Source of the DNA: Nitrososphaera viennensis EN76
GTDB lineage: Archaea; Thermoproteota; Nitrososphaeria; Nitrososphaerales; Nitrososphaeraceae
DNA: 32,000 nt
NCBI RefSeq assembly: GCF_000698785.1
Contig: NZ_CP007536.1
Location: forward strand, 1,710,001 to 1,742,000
Direction: 5' to 3'
This document shows positions 7,890-15,547 of this stretch, in pieces; position 1 is the stretch's first letter, and every line of letters starts with the position of its first letter. Under the pieces are notes generated by a model that was not told the DNA's origin, made no database searches, and was given only the letters and a program-made list of their open reading frames with translations. Position numbers and translations under genes: made by a program.

Positions 7890-9983
7890 TTGTACACGCT
7901 GGTGGTCTGCGAAAAGCCCGATGCCGCGCGGCGCATAGCGTCGGCGCTTGGCAGCGCAAGGGAGAGCAGGGCTGCTGGCAGCATTTCCGTTTTTGACGTC
8001 ACGTACGCGGGCAGGAACTACAAGGTGTGCTCTGCGTCCGGCCACCTGTACGGGCTTGTTGACAGGACAAAGAACCGGAGCGTCTATCCCGTGCTTGACC
8101 TTGAATGGGCGCCCATTGACGACGGAAAAAAGGGCAAGGGTGCAGCAGCAAGGGCTGCGCGTTTTATCAATGCGATATCTCTGCTTGCCAGAGGCGCCGA
8201 CTCGTTCATCCACGCGTGCGACTATGACCAGGAGGGAGAGGTGATAGGCCACAGCATACTGCAATACGCGTGCGGCGGCAAATATGAAAAATCGTTGAGG
8301 GCCAAGTTCTCGACCCTAACCGACGACGAAGTAAAAGAGGCGTTTGCGACGCTTGCAAAACCGAGCAAGGGGCTTGCGGAGGCGGGCCGGTCGCGCCACA
8401 TGCTCGACTTTATCTACGGCGTCAATCTGTCAAGGGCGCTTGCGCAGTCGTTCAAGGCAGGCAGCAATAACAATGGCTACAGGAACCTGTCGATTGGCAG
8501 GGTGCAGGGGCCCACGCTTGCGTTTGCAGCCGACAGGGAGCTGGAAATCCGGCTGCACGTGCCGGACCCTTACTGGGTGCTGAGCGCAGATTTTGAAAAA
8601 GACGGGCAAGTCGTGCGCGCCCGCTATGAAAAGCCAAGGATAGAGAAACTTGCAGAGGCGCGTGCAATACTTGACGCGTGCATCGGCAGGGACGGCGCCG
8701 TGAGCAAGGTATCCACAAAAAAGGTCGTGCTCCGGTCCCCGACGCCGTTTAACACCGGCGACCTGCAGCGCGAGGCGTACAGGCTGTTCCGGCTCTCGCC
8801 GGGCTACACCCTTGCAATTGCCGAAAAGCTGTACCTGCGCGCGCTCATCTCGTACCCGAGGACGTCAAGCCAGAAACTCCCGCCGTCCATCAACTATGCC
8901 AAGATACTCTCAGGGCTTGCAGGGGTTTCCCTGTACAGCCAGCCGGCGTCAACGCTGCTCTCAAGGGGCCGGCTCGTGCCAAACGAGGGGCCGATGGCAG
9001 ATCCTGCGCACCCGGCGATCTACCCCACAGGCATCGCGCCCCGGCTTTCCGGCCTGGAGTTCAAGGTGTACGACCTGATTGCCAAGAGGTTCCTTGCGAC
9101 CTTTGGCGACCCGGCGGTGACAGAGCGCACGGATGTTTCGATAAACGTGAATAATCACATTTTCCTTGCAGAGGGCAGGGCGGTGCTCTATGACGGCTGG
9201 ATGGCGTTTTACAGGCCGTACGCCAGCAGCCTGGAGCAGTCTACTACCGTGCTGCCGGTGCTGCATGAAGGCGACGTGCTTGCAAACAAGCAAGTGACGA
9301 TGGAGGAAAAATTCACGCAGCCGCCGTGGCGCTACAGCCAGGCATCGCTTCTTGCCAAGATGGAGGAAGAAAAAATAGGCACCAAGGCGACACGGGCCGA
9401 CACGATTGCAACGCTGTTCAAGCGCAACTATATCGCCGCCGCAAAAAGGGGCGGCGGAATCGAGGCGACCGACCTTGGCTTTGCCGTGGTCGAGTCGATG
9501 AGGGAGCACGCGCCGACGATAGTGTCGACGGAACTCACGCGCTTGATGGAGGAGCAGCTGGAAGGCGTGGAGCAGGGAATGAAAGAGCCTGCCGACGTGA
9601 TAGAATACGCTGTGGAAAGGCTGGTCGAGTCGCTTGCCGCGTTCCGGGAGCAGGGCGCCACGATTGGCAGGCAGATTGGAAGCGCCGCTGCAGCTGCGCA
9701 GCCAAACGTTGTTGTCATAATCGGCGGTTGTCCCGTGTGCAAAAAGGGCCAGCTGCGCATCATAAAATCAAGGACCACGAAAAAGCGCTTTGTCGGCTGC
9801 TCGAATTATGCGTCGGGAGGATGCAGGGCCAGCGCGCCGCTTCCACAGAAAGGCGGCATAAGGGTCTCAAAGACGACCTGCAGGTGCGGCTGGCCGATAA
9901 TTTCCGTCGCGTTTGGCAGGGGTAAACGGTGGAATACCTGCGTCAACATGCAGTGCCCTTACAAGGAAGAGAAAAAAGGATAG
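7890..9983 (+). CDS. topA: Type IA DNA topoisomerase (archaeal topoisomerase I/III) with C-terminal zinc ribbons
   Basis: The track ORF is 7806-9983. The TOPRIM start reads (L/M)YTLVVCEKPDAARRIASALG, with DYDQEGEVIG present. The catalytic region reads LYLRALISYPRTSSQKLP. The C-terminus has CPVCKKG...CSNYASGGC and a further Cys cluster. I propose the TTG at 7890 as the start because of the internal TATA box and typical N-terminal length; 7806 remains possible. Confidence 0.9.
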   Translation: MYTLVVCEKPDAARRIASALGSARESRAAGSISVFDVTYAGRNYKVCSASGHLYGLVDRTKNRSVYPVLDLEWAPIDDGKKGKGAAARAARFINAISLLARGADSFIHACDYDQEGEVIGHSILQYACGGKYEKSLRAKFSTLTDDEVKEAFATLAKPSKGLAEAGRSRHMLDFIYGVNLSRALAQSFKAGSNNNGYRNLSIGRVQGPTLAFAADRELEIRLHVPDPYWVLSADFEKDGQVVRARYEKPRIEKLAEARAILDACIGRDGAVSKVSTKKVVLRSPTPFNTGDLQREAYRLFRLSPGYTLAIAEKLYLRALISYPRTSSQKLPPSINYAKILSGLAGVSLYSQPASTLLSRGRLVPNEGPMADPAHPAIYPTGIAPRLSGLEFKVYDLIAKRFLATFGDPAVTERTDVSINVNNHIFLAEGRAVLYDGWMAFYRPYASSLEQSTTVLPVLHEGDVLANKQVTMEEKFTQPPWRYSQASLLAKMEEEKIGTKATRADTIATLFKRNYIAAAKRGGGIEATDLGFAVVESMREHAPTIVSTELTRLMEEQLEGVEQGMKEPADVIEYAVERLVESLAAFREQGATIGRQIGSAAAAAQPNVVVIIGGCPVCKKGQLRIIKSRTTKKRFVGCSNYASGGCRASAPLPQKGGIRVSKTTCRCGWPIISVAFGRGKRWNTCVNMQCPYKEEKKG

Positions 9984-10045
9984 AGCGAGCCTCGCTAAGC
10001 ATTCTGCACAGCCTTGATAAGAAAAATGCGCATTTACGTGCACGT

Positions 10046-10180
10046 ATGAGCTTTGCAAGCGACCACTCGCATATGTGCGAGCACTGCAGCGAGCGCTTCC
10101 CGTGCCCGGTGGAAAAGCATGATTGCAAGATGGAGTGGCGCACAAGCCACAACGACCACTACCTTGCGCTGAGCTGCTAG
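10046..10180 (+). CDS. Possible small Cys/His-rich metal-binding protein (44 aa)
   Basis: This is the sub-ORF of track ORF 9929-10180 beginning at the ATG at 10046: MSFASDHSHMCEHCSERFPCPVEKHDCKMEWRTSHNDHYLALSC (5 Cys and 7 His in 44 aa). The A/T-rich TTGATAAGAAAAA is centred about 28 nt upstream, which is leaderless-type spacing. Its stop overlaps the convergent gene's stop within CTAG. Confidence 0.35.
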   Translation: MSFASDHSHMCEHCSERFPCPVEKHDCKMEWRTSHNDHYLALSC

Positions 10181-10779
10181 ATCTTCTTTAAGAGTTCTTG
10201 CTTCATCTGCAGGAATTCCGCTTCCGACAGCACTCCTTGATCCTTCAGTTTTGCAAGCTTGTCCAGCTCATCTGCAACGGAAGCTTGGTTGTTGTTGACT
10301 ATGGTCGTAGTAGGAGTTTTGGATCTTTGTATTCCCTGGTTTATGGCCTCGACTATTTTTTCTGCCTTGTCTTTCGGGATCGCCTCTATCTGCCCTTCGT
10401 TGCTGTCGTTGCCCATTGCAATCCCGTCAAGCTTTTTTTCGGCTATGGTGCTGAGCCCCGGCGCGCGCAGGATTATGCTCGACGAAAGCACGCCCTGATC
10501 CAGCCTTGCGCTTGTAATCCTGTCGTAGCTGATGTCTTCGATGCTCTGCCGAAGCCCCAGCGAGTGCGGGTCCCGGATTATCAACCTCTTGTCGGTTGCA
10601 AATATTATGTTTGGAGTGGTCAGCGATCCGCCGGGCTTGATCCTCGATTGCCTTGCGACCACCAGAACCGTTTCGTCCTCGTCCAGGTGGTCCGCGATTT
10701 TCTTTATTTCGTTCAGGTCATCCCTGTCGGTCAGGACGGTGTTGAATTTTGCCTTGTCCTTGCCACCAAACAAGGGCAT
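10177..10779 (-). CDS. Bacterial-type PH (bPH/YdbT-like) domain protein with a C-terminal SHOCT domain
   Basis: The PH-like core is DETVLVVARQSRIKPGGSLTTPNIIFATDKRLIIRDPHSLGLRQSIEDISYDRITSARLDQGVLSSSIILRAPG. The C-terminal ELDKLAKLKDQGVLSEAEFLQMKQELLKKI matches the SHOCT pattern. I moved the start to the internal ATG at 10779 (MPLFGGKDK) because the track start at 10839 overlaps the upstream nitrilase gene by 32 nt. Confidence 0.7.
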   Translation of the reverse strand: MPLFGGKDKAKFNTVLTDRDDLNEIKKIADHLDEDETVLVVARQSRIKPGGSLTTPNIIFATDKRLIIRDPHSLGLRQSIEDISYDRITSARLDQGVLSSSIILRAPGLSTIAEKKLDGIAMGNDSNEGQIEAIPKDKAEKIVEAINQGIQRSKTPTTTIVNNNQASVADELDKLAKLKDQGVLSEAEFLQMKQELLKKI

Positions 10780-10807
10780 ACAGAGTACATATTGCAGAAA
10801 ATGCTTC

Positions 10808-11623
10808 TTAACCTTTCTTGCTTGAGAGGGAATAGACATCGGTCCTGCGGTTCTTTAGCAGAGGAAGCGACTGCCTCACCTGTTTCACCTTGCCCATGTC
10901 AAGCTCTACTATCTCCATGCCTTCGCGCTGGCCCATGTCAAGGAGCACTGTCCCGAACGGGTCGATGACCATGCTCCTGCCGGCGTAAATGTTGCCCACC
11001 TGGTCGGGCGCGACGACGTACGAGCCGTTTTCAATCGCGCGGGCCTTTAGCATCGTCTGCCAGTGCTCCTCCTTCATCGGGCCCTGCACCCACCCGGAGG
11101 GCGCGACTAGCACGCCTGCCCCCTTTATCGTCAAGAGCCTCGACAGTTCTGGAAAGCGGATGTCGTAGCATATCATGACGCCAATGTTGCCTACTGCGGC
11201 CGTCTTGGCCGGCTTGGCCAGTTTTTTGCCGGGGATAAGCTTTTTCGACTCCTTGAAGCCGAGCGCGTCGTACAAATGCAATTTGCGGTACACGGACGTT
11301 ATTTCTCCTTTGCAGCTTATCACGACTGCCGTGTCGTAAACCCTGTTGCCTGTGCCCTTTTCGTACATCGCAGCCACTACTTCGATCTTGCCCGCCTTTG
11401 CAGCCTTCCTCAGCGTGGTGACAAAGTTTCCCTGCACCGTCTCTGCAAGTCTTGACAGCTCGGAAGCAGTCTGGGTGCCGGGCGAAAACGCCATCTGGAA
11501 CTCGGGAAAACACACCATGCCTGCCTTGCCGGCTGCCGCCTGCTCTATGTACGCGACTGACCGCTGCAGGTTGTCCTGCTTGTCCTCTGACGACTTCATC
11601 TGCACTACGGCAACTGATACCAA
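10808..11623 (-). CDS. Carbon-nitrogen hydrolase (nitrilase superfamily)
   Basis: 271 aa. The Glu-Lys-Cys triad contexts are visible: VCFPEFQMAF (Glu), VYRKLHLYD (Lys) and GVMICYDIRFPE (Cys). Confidence 0.9.
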   Translation of the reverse strand: MVSVAVVQMKSSEDKQDNLQRSVAYIEQAAAGKAGMVCFPEFQMAFSPGTQTASELSRLAETVQGNFVTTLRKAAKAGKIEVVAAMYEKGTGNRVYDTAVVISCKGEITSVYRKLHLYDALGFKESKKLIPGKKLAKPAKTAAVGNIGVMICYDIRFPELSRLLTIKGAGVLVAPSGWVQGPMKEEHWQTMLKARAIENGSYVVAPDQVGNIYAGRSMVIDPFGTVLLDMGQREGMEIVELDMGKVKQVRQSLPLLKNRRTDVYSLSSKKG

Positions 11624-11662
11624 TCGCTTACACCTTTGCGCTGCCGGGGATAATAAAAGATT

Positions 11663-11839
11663 TTAGAGCTGCTTGCCGGCCTGGAACCAGTTTTCCTTCG
11701 GGTTCTCGTCGTAGACCACGATGACGTGCTCTGCCTTTGTCTTCAGTATGCTGACTGCGGCGTCGGTTATCGCCTTGGCAAACTCGTCTTTCTGCTCTTT
11801 TGTCCTGCCGGGGTACATTGACACCTGGATGAGGGGCAT
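11663..11839 (-). CDS. 4-oxalocrotonate tautomerase-family protein (58 aa)
   Basis: Below the ORF-track cutoff. My translation is MPLIQVSMYPGRTKEQKDEFAKAITDAAVSILKTKAEHVIVVYDENPKENWFQAGKQL. It has the catalytic Pro-1 after the initiator Met and the typical beta-alpha-beta length. It lies 39 nt upstream of the nitrilase gene on the same strand. Confidence 0.75.
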   Translation of the reverse strand: MPLIQVSMYPGRTKEQKDEFAKAITDAAVSILKTKAEHVIVVYDENPKENWFQAGKQL

Positions 11840-11863
11840 ATGTTATACCAGGAAAAGCAGGGC

Positions 11864-12235
11864 CTACGGCTGATTTATAGTTACAGCAGTAGCGCCCGCC
11901 GTTATTGGCTCCGACGTTGCCGTTGCTGCTGTTGTTGTTGTTTCTTCTTCCTCCGCAGGAGGTCTAGAGCCGCCGGACTGTGCCAGATCGTACAGCGCCT
12001 GCAGATAGCGCTTGATAAAGTTGGCCCCGGGAGACGGCCTCCTGCCCTTCTCGTAGTCGCTCAGGACCGAGGGCGTGATTGCCATCTTTTTCGCGAGGTC
12101 GGCCTGCTTTACTCCGAACTTTTTGCGCCAGAACTTTAGCTGCTGCGGCGGGTTGTCGCTCAGGACTACCGCGCCGGCGATCCACGTCAGTTCGCTTGCG
12201 TTGGCGATAGTGCTGCCATTATCGGAACTGGACAA
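11864..12235 (-). CDS. XRE-family helix-turn-helix transcriptional regulator with a low-complexity C-terminal tail
   Basis: The HTH is QQLKFWRKKFGVKQADLAKKMAITPSVLSDYEKGRRPSPGANFIKRYLQAL. The tail is PPAEEEETTTTAATATSEP. The track ORF (to 12430) overlaps the divergent UDG gene and its first 65 aa look non-protein-like. I propose the in-frame TTG at 12235 as the start; this is uncertain. Confidence 0.65.
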   Translation of the reverse strand: MSSSDNGSTIANASELTWIAGAVVLSDNPPQQLKFWRKKFGVKQADLAKKMAITPSVLSDYEKGRRPSPGANFIKRYLQALYDLAQSGGSRPPAEEEETTTTAATATSEPITAGATAVTINQP

Positions 12236-12253
12236 ACGTACACGAAGGTTTCG

Positions 12254-12985
12254 ATGGGTGATAAAAAGATTATTCGTGGGATGATTGCAACTGCCTTCAT
12301 GAATGAGGATGATGATGCCGCTGGCAAGCTGGAGCTCCTGAACAGCAGGGTCGTTGCCTGCAAAAAGTGCCCGAGGCTTGCAAAATACATCCGCGACGTG
12401 GGCAGGGAGAAAAATAAGCCAAGACGGCATTCAGGCGAGAATTACTGGTCAAGGCCGCTGCCAAGCTGGGGCGACCCTGACGCAAGGTTGCTGATAGTCG
12501 GCCTTGCGCCGGCCGCGCACGGCGGCAACAGGACCGGCAGGATGTTCACCGGCGACAGCTCGGGCGACTGGCTCGCAAGGGCGATGCACGGGACGGGGTT
12601 TGCAAGCAAGCCGGCAAGCCGCGCACGGGACGACGGGCTCGTGCTCACCGGCGCGTACATCACCGCCGCGGCAAGGTGCGCGCCGCCGGACAACAAGCCC
12701 ACGCCACAGGAGCTGGCAAACTGCCTGCCGTACCTGCAGGCAGAGCTTGCGGCGCTAAAGAGCGTCAGGGTGGTCCTTGCGCTTGGGAAAATCGCGTTTG
12801 ATGCCTACTGCAGGGCGGTGGGCGCAAGAGGGCTGGCATTTGCGCACGGTGCCCGGTATGACGACAATGTTTCAGGCAGGACGCTCCTTGCCTCGTACCA
12901 CCCGAGCAGGCAGAACACCAACACGGGCAGGCTCACCTGGGAAATGTGGGCAGAAATATTTGCGACCGCAAGAGCGCTCGTTTAG
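12254..12985 (+). CDS. Uracil-DNA glycosylase, Fe-S type (family 4/5; motif resembles family 5 UdgB)
   Basis: It contains CKKCPRLAKYIRDV, LLIVGLAPAAHGGNRTGRMFTGDSSGDWL (an A-P-A type active-site motif) and a C-terminal SYHPSRQNTNTGRLT. The start could instead be the internal Met at 12281 or 12299. Confidence 0.85.
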   Translation: MGDKKIIRGMIATAFMNEDDDAAGKLELLNSRVVACKKCPRLAKYIRDVGREKNKPRRHSGENYWSRPLPSWGDPDARLLIVGLAPAAHGGNRTGRMFTGDSSGDWLARAMHGTGFASKPASRARDDGLVLTGAYITAAARCAPPDNKPTPQELANCLPYLQAELAALKSVRVVLALGKIAFDAYCRAVGARGLAFAHGARYDDNVSGRTLLASYHPSRQNTNTGRLTWEMWAEIFATARALV

Positions 12986-12991
12986 TCGCTA

Positions 12992-13681
12992 TTACTTTTT
13001 CTTCTTGGGCTTTGGCGCTGCAGCGGCTGCCTTTTTGCTGCTGGCCGGCGCCTTGGCCTTGGACGGCTTGCTGCTGCCGCCCTTTTTTGCCTTGGCCACC
13101 TTTTCCTCCGCTTCCTCTTCCTCTTTGGCGGCTTCTTCTGCCTCCTTGTTTGCAGCCGCGTTGGCCTTGGTGTTGATGATGTCGGTGGTTATCTGGTCTA
13201 TCTTGTAGCGCAGGGCCTCCTTGACCCTGCTGTTGTCGACCATGTTGAGCGGGCCCTTGCAGTTGGGGCACTTGAAGAACAGTTCAACCGCCGTGTCGAA
13301 CTTTACCCGCGGGCAGTCGTGGTTGCCGCAGTGGTAGAACTCCGTCGAGTCCTCGTGCTCCAGGCGCTTGTGCAGCCTGTCGAGGATCTTTTTCTTCTGG
13401 TTTTCAATGAAATTGTCGACGTGATCCTGCTTGGCGCGCCAACGGTAGACGAACCAGCCCTTCTTCTCGTCCTTGACCCTGATGCCGGTTATCAGCGCCT
13501 TTCCAAACAGGTCGTACAGGACCTTGCGCACGATGTTTATCTTTAATCCGGTTGCGCTTGCTATCTCTTCATCGGTGACGTCCTCGGTGTTGAGAAGCGC
13601 GCGGGACACCTTGACATACTCCTCTCCCCCTATGAGGCCGGCGATCTTGACAAAAGAATCCTCGTAGTCCATCGCGTGCAT
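12992..13681 (-). CDS. tfe: Transcription factor E (TFE-alpha, TFIIE-alpha homologue) with a Lys/Ala/Glu-rich C-terminal tail
   Basis: The winged helix is EEIASATGLKINIVRKVLYDLFGKALITGIRVKDEKKGWFVYRW. The zinc ribbon is CGNHDCPRVKF...FKCPNCKGPL. The tail is KEAEEAAKEEEEAEEKVAKAKKGGSSKPSKAKAPASSKKAAAAAPKPKKKK. The start may be the second Met at 13672. Confidence 0.85.
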   Translation of the reverse strand: MHAMDYEDSFVKIAGLIGGEEYVKVSRALLNTEDVTDEEIASATGLKINIVRKVLYDLFGKALITGIRVKDEKKGWFVYRWRAKQDHVDNFIENQKKKILDRLHKRLEHEDSTEFYHCGNHDCPRVKFDTAVELFFKCPNCKGPLNMVDNSRVKEALRYKIDQITTDIINTKANAAANKEAEEAAKEEEEAEEKVAKAKKGGSSKPSKAKAPASSKKAAAAAPKPKKKK

Positions 13682-13844
13682 GTTTAGAGATATAATTGCG
13701 TAAATTTCTGATATATAGTTTCTGAAATTTAGTGAGATTGGTGCGGTTTTCGGCTGATACCATTCTCACAAAATGGGGACGCGCATATATATAGTAGGGA
13801 GGACACGCGCACGCGCCGGCGTCATCATTCTCATACTACTACTA

Positions 13845-14423
13845 TTATACTACCTGCACCCTTGCAGAGACCACAGGAGGCTGAATGGGCGTTTTGTTCA
13901 GATCCTCAAGTTTTTGCAAGAAAACCAGTATAGTGTAATACTGATGACTGGCTTTTTGGTCGAGTGGCTTCCAGTACGTCTCAACCGCCAGATTGTTGCC
14001 CGCCCCTGCAAACTTTGCCTGGACGCTAGAGAGGGCGACGGTTTCAGAAGTATCGCCATTGCGTACCTCGATAATAACCAGATAATTATTATTGTTACCA
14101 GCCGGATCTCCCGGGTTTGTAAAATTTGCCTGGATGAATACTGGCTCTCCGGACTTGAAAATCTTGTTGTCTTTTATCTGGCCCAGATAACCGTGGTTGG
14201 AATCGTACGCAGATAAAGACGTAAACTTGATGTTGTTGTCATCATTATTATTATTCTGCATCCCGCCGGCCGCAGAAAGCTGCGGACTTGCAAGCGAGTG
14301 CCCCGGATAGGCTGCTGCTACTATTACTATCATTATTGCCGCTGCTACTCCTGCCAGCAAGCTGGCTGATCTATCATGTATTGTGCTATTACTGCTGCCG
14401 CCGCTGCCGCTCACACTACCCAT
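13845..14423 (-). CDS. Secreted or membrane-anchored protein with a C-terminal beta-rich (CARDB/Ig-like?) module
   Basis: I moved the start to the Met at 14423 (MGSVSGSGG...), followed by the hydrophobic anchor LLAGVAAAIMIVIVAAAYPG. The protein has Asn-run linkers. Its C-terminal module (KSGEPVFIQANFTN...NYLVIIEVRNGD...YWKP...YYTILVFL...PPVVSARVQVV) is shared with the 28244-29188 product. Confidence 0.65.
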   Translation of the reverse strand: MGSVSGSGGSSNSTIHDRSASLLAGVAAAIMIVIVAAAYPGHSLASPQLSAAGGMQNNNNDDNNIKFTSLSAYDSNHGYLGQIKDNKIFKSGEPVFIQANFTNPGDPAGNNNNYLVIIEVRNGDTSETVALSSVQAKFAGAGNNLAVETYWKPLDQKASHQYYTILVFLQKLEDLNKTPIQPPVVSARVQVV

Positions 14424-14514
14424 CTTGATTACACACATGTATGTGTGAATAATAAAGAAGGCGGACTTTGGTCCACCACCGTCTACAGACAGCAAAAAAG
14501 AATCTCTCTTTCAG

Positions 14515-15399
14515 TTACCAGAGTTGATGCCCATTTTTCGTCGTCTCTCCTTCATATCCAATCTTGAATTTGCCGGTGCTTCCCAGATATGTAACGCCAT
14601 AGCTGCTGTTGGCAGGCGAGCAATCCATGAGCAGATATCCGTTCGTCCAGGTGCTCAAGCCGGCCTTGTTGATGTTGTTATTATTATTGCCGTCGTCATC
14701 ATCATCACTGCCTGCTCTGGTGGCATGCTGAATATCCAGCACTTCCACCAGCCCCAGCCTCTGCGTATTGGTGTTGGGAGCGAAACTTCCTGCTTCAACG
14801 AATGTAAAGTAATCGCTCTTGACATTCATTGACGAATGCCCGATGTTTACGATCTGGACTGGTTTTGAATCGTCGAGGTCGTCCATCCATACCTGCCACT
14901 GTTTTGTGCCGCTCTGATCATATAATATCGAGAGTTCAAGTGTGTGGCCGGCAACTACGGGGATGCCTGAAATCCCCCTCAGGATCCCGCCGACCCCCCA
15001 GGCTACTTGAAACTTGGTGGCATTGTACCCTATGTCAGAATCCCTTGACCAGTCTCCATAGTAGATCCCTACCTCGTAGTACAAGCCATCGTCTCCCTCA
15101 AACGCAATGTGGTAGTTGGCGGGCATGTTCGGTTCGCCGGCACTTACGATGTCAGCAACTCCAGGCGGGACTTTGAATGTTACAGACTCGCCACCTTTGT
15201 TCGGGTTCGCACTTGGGAGCTCGATGTTGCAGTTGTGGGGCGTTGTTGAGAGCATGGATACGCCCACTATTCCCATGCCCGCGTTACGGGGGTTTTCTAC
15301 CCAGATAGGCGGATACGCAAGCGCGCTGTTGCCGCTAAAATTCAGCAGCAAGGCCGCGAGCATGACGATGACGGCGGCAATGATCCTTGATCTTCTCAT
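14515..15399 (-). CDS. Secreted protein, beta-rich, function unknown
   Basis: I moved the start to the Met at 15399, giving a classic signal peptide MRRSRIIAAVIVMLAALLLNFSGNSALA. The mature part is rich in G/Y/W/V beta-strand-like sequence and contains a DDDDDGNNNNNINK insert. The first 33 aa of the track ORF (from 15498) are basic and look like junk. Confidence 0.65.
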   Translation of the reverse strand: MRRSRIIAAVIVMLAALLLNFSGNSALAYPPIWVENPRNAGMGIVGVSMLSTTPHNCNIELPSANPNKGGESVTFKVPPGVADIVSAGEPNMPANYHIAFEGDDGLYYEVGIYYGDWSRDSDIGYNATKFQVAWGVGGILRGISGIPVVAGHTLELSILYDQSGTKQWQVWMDDLDDSKPVQIVNIGHSSMNVKSDYFTFVEAGSFAPNTNTQRLGLVEVLDIQHATRAGSDDDDDGNNNNNINKAGLSTWTNGYLLMDCSPANSSYGVTYLGSTGKFKIGYEGETTKNGHQLW

Positions 15400-15547
15400 G
15401 TATAGCGCGCTGCAATAATGTAAAGTCAGTTTTTGTACATAAAGCCGCTTGGTTGCCACTCTATAAACTTGACAGGTGCGCTTTTTCGCTGCTCTCAAAA
15501 GCTGACTGTGCTTAGCGAAGATGTTATGGGTTGTTTTGCTTACCTAC

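Noticed and set aside
10198-10968. Plus-strand 256-aa ORF
   Set aside because: It is antisense to the PH/SHOCT and nitrilase genes, spans their junction, and has a non-protein-like composition.
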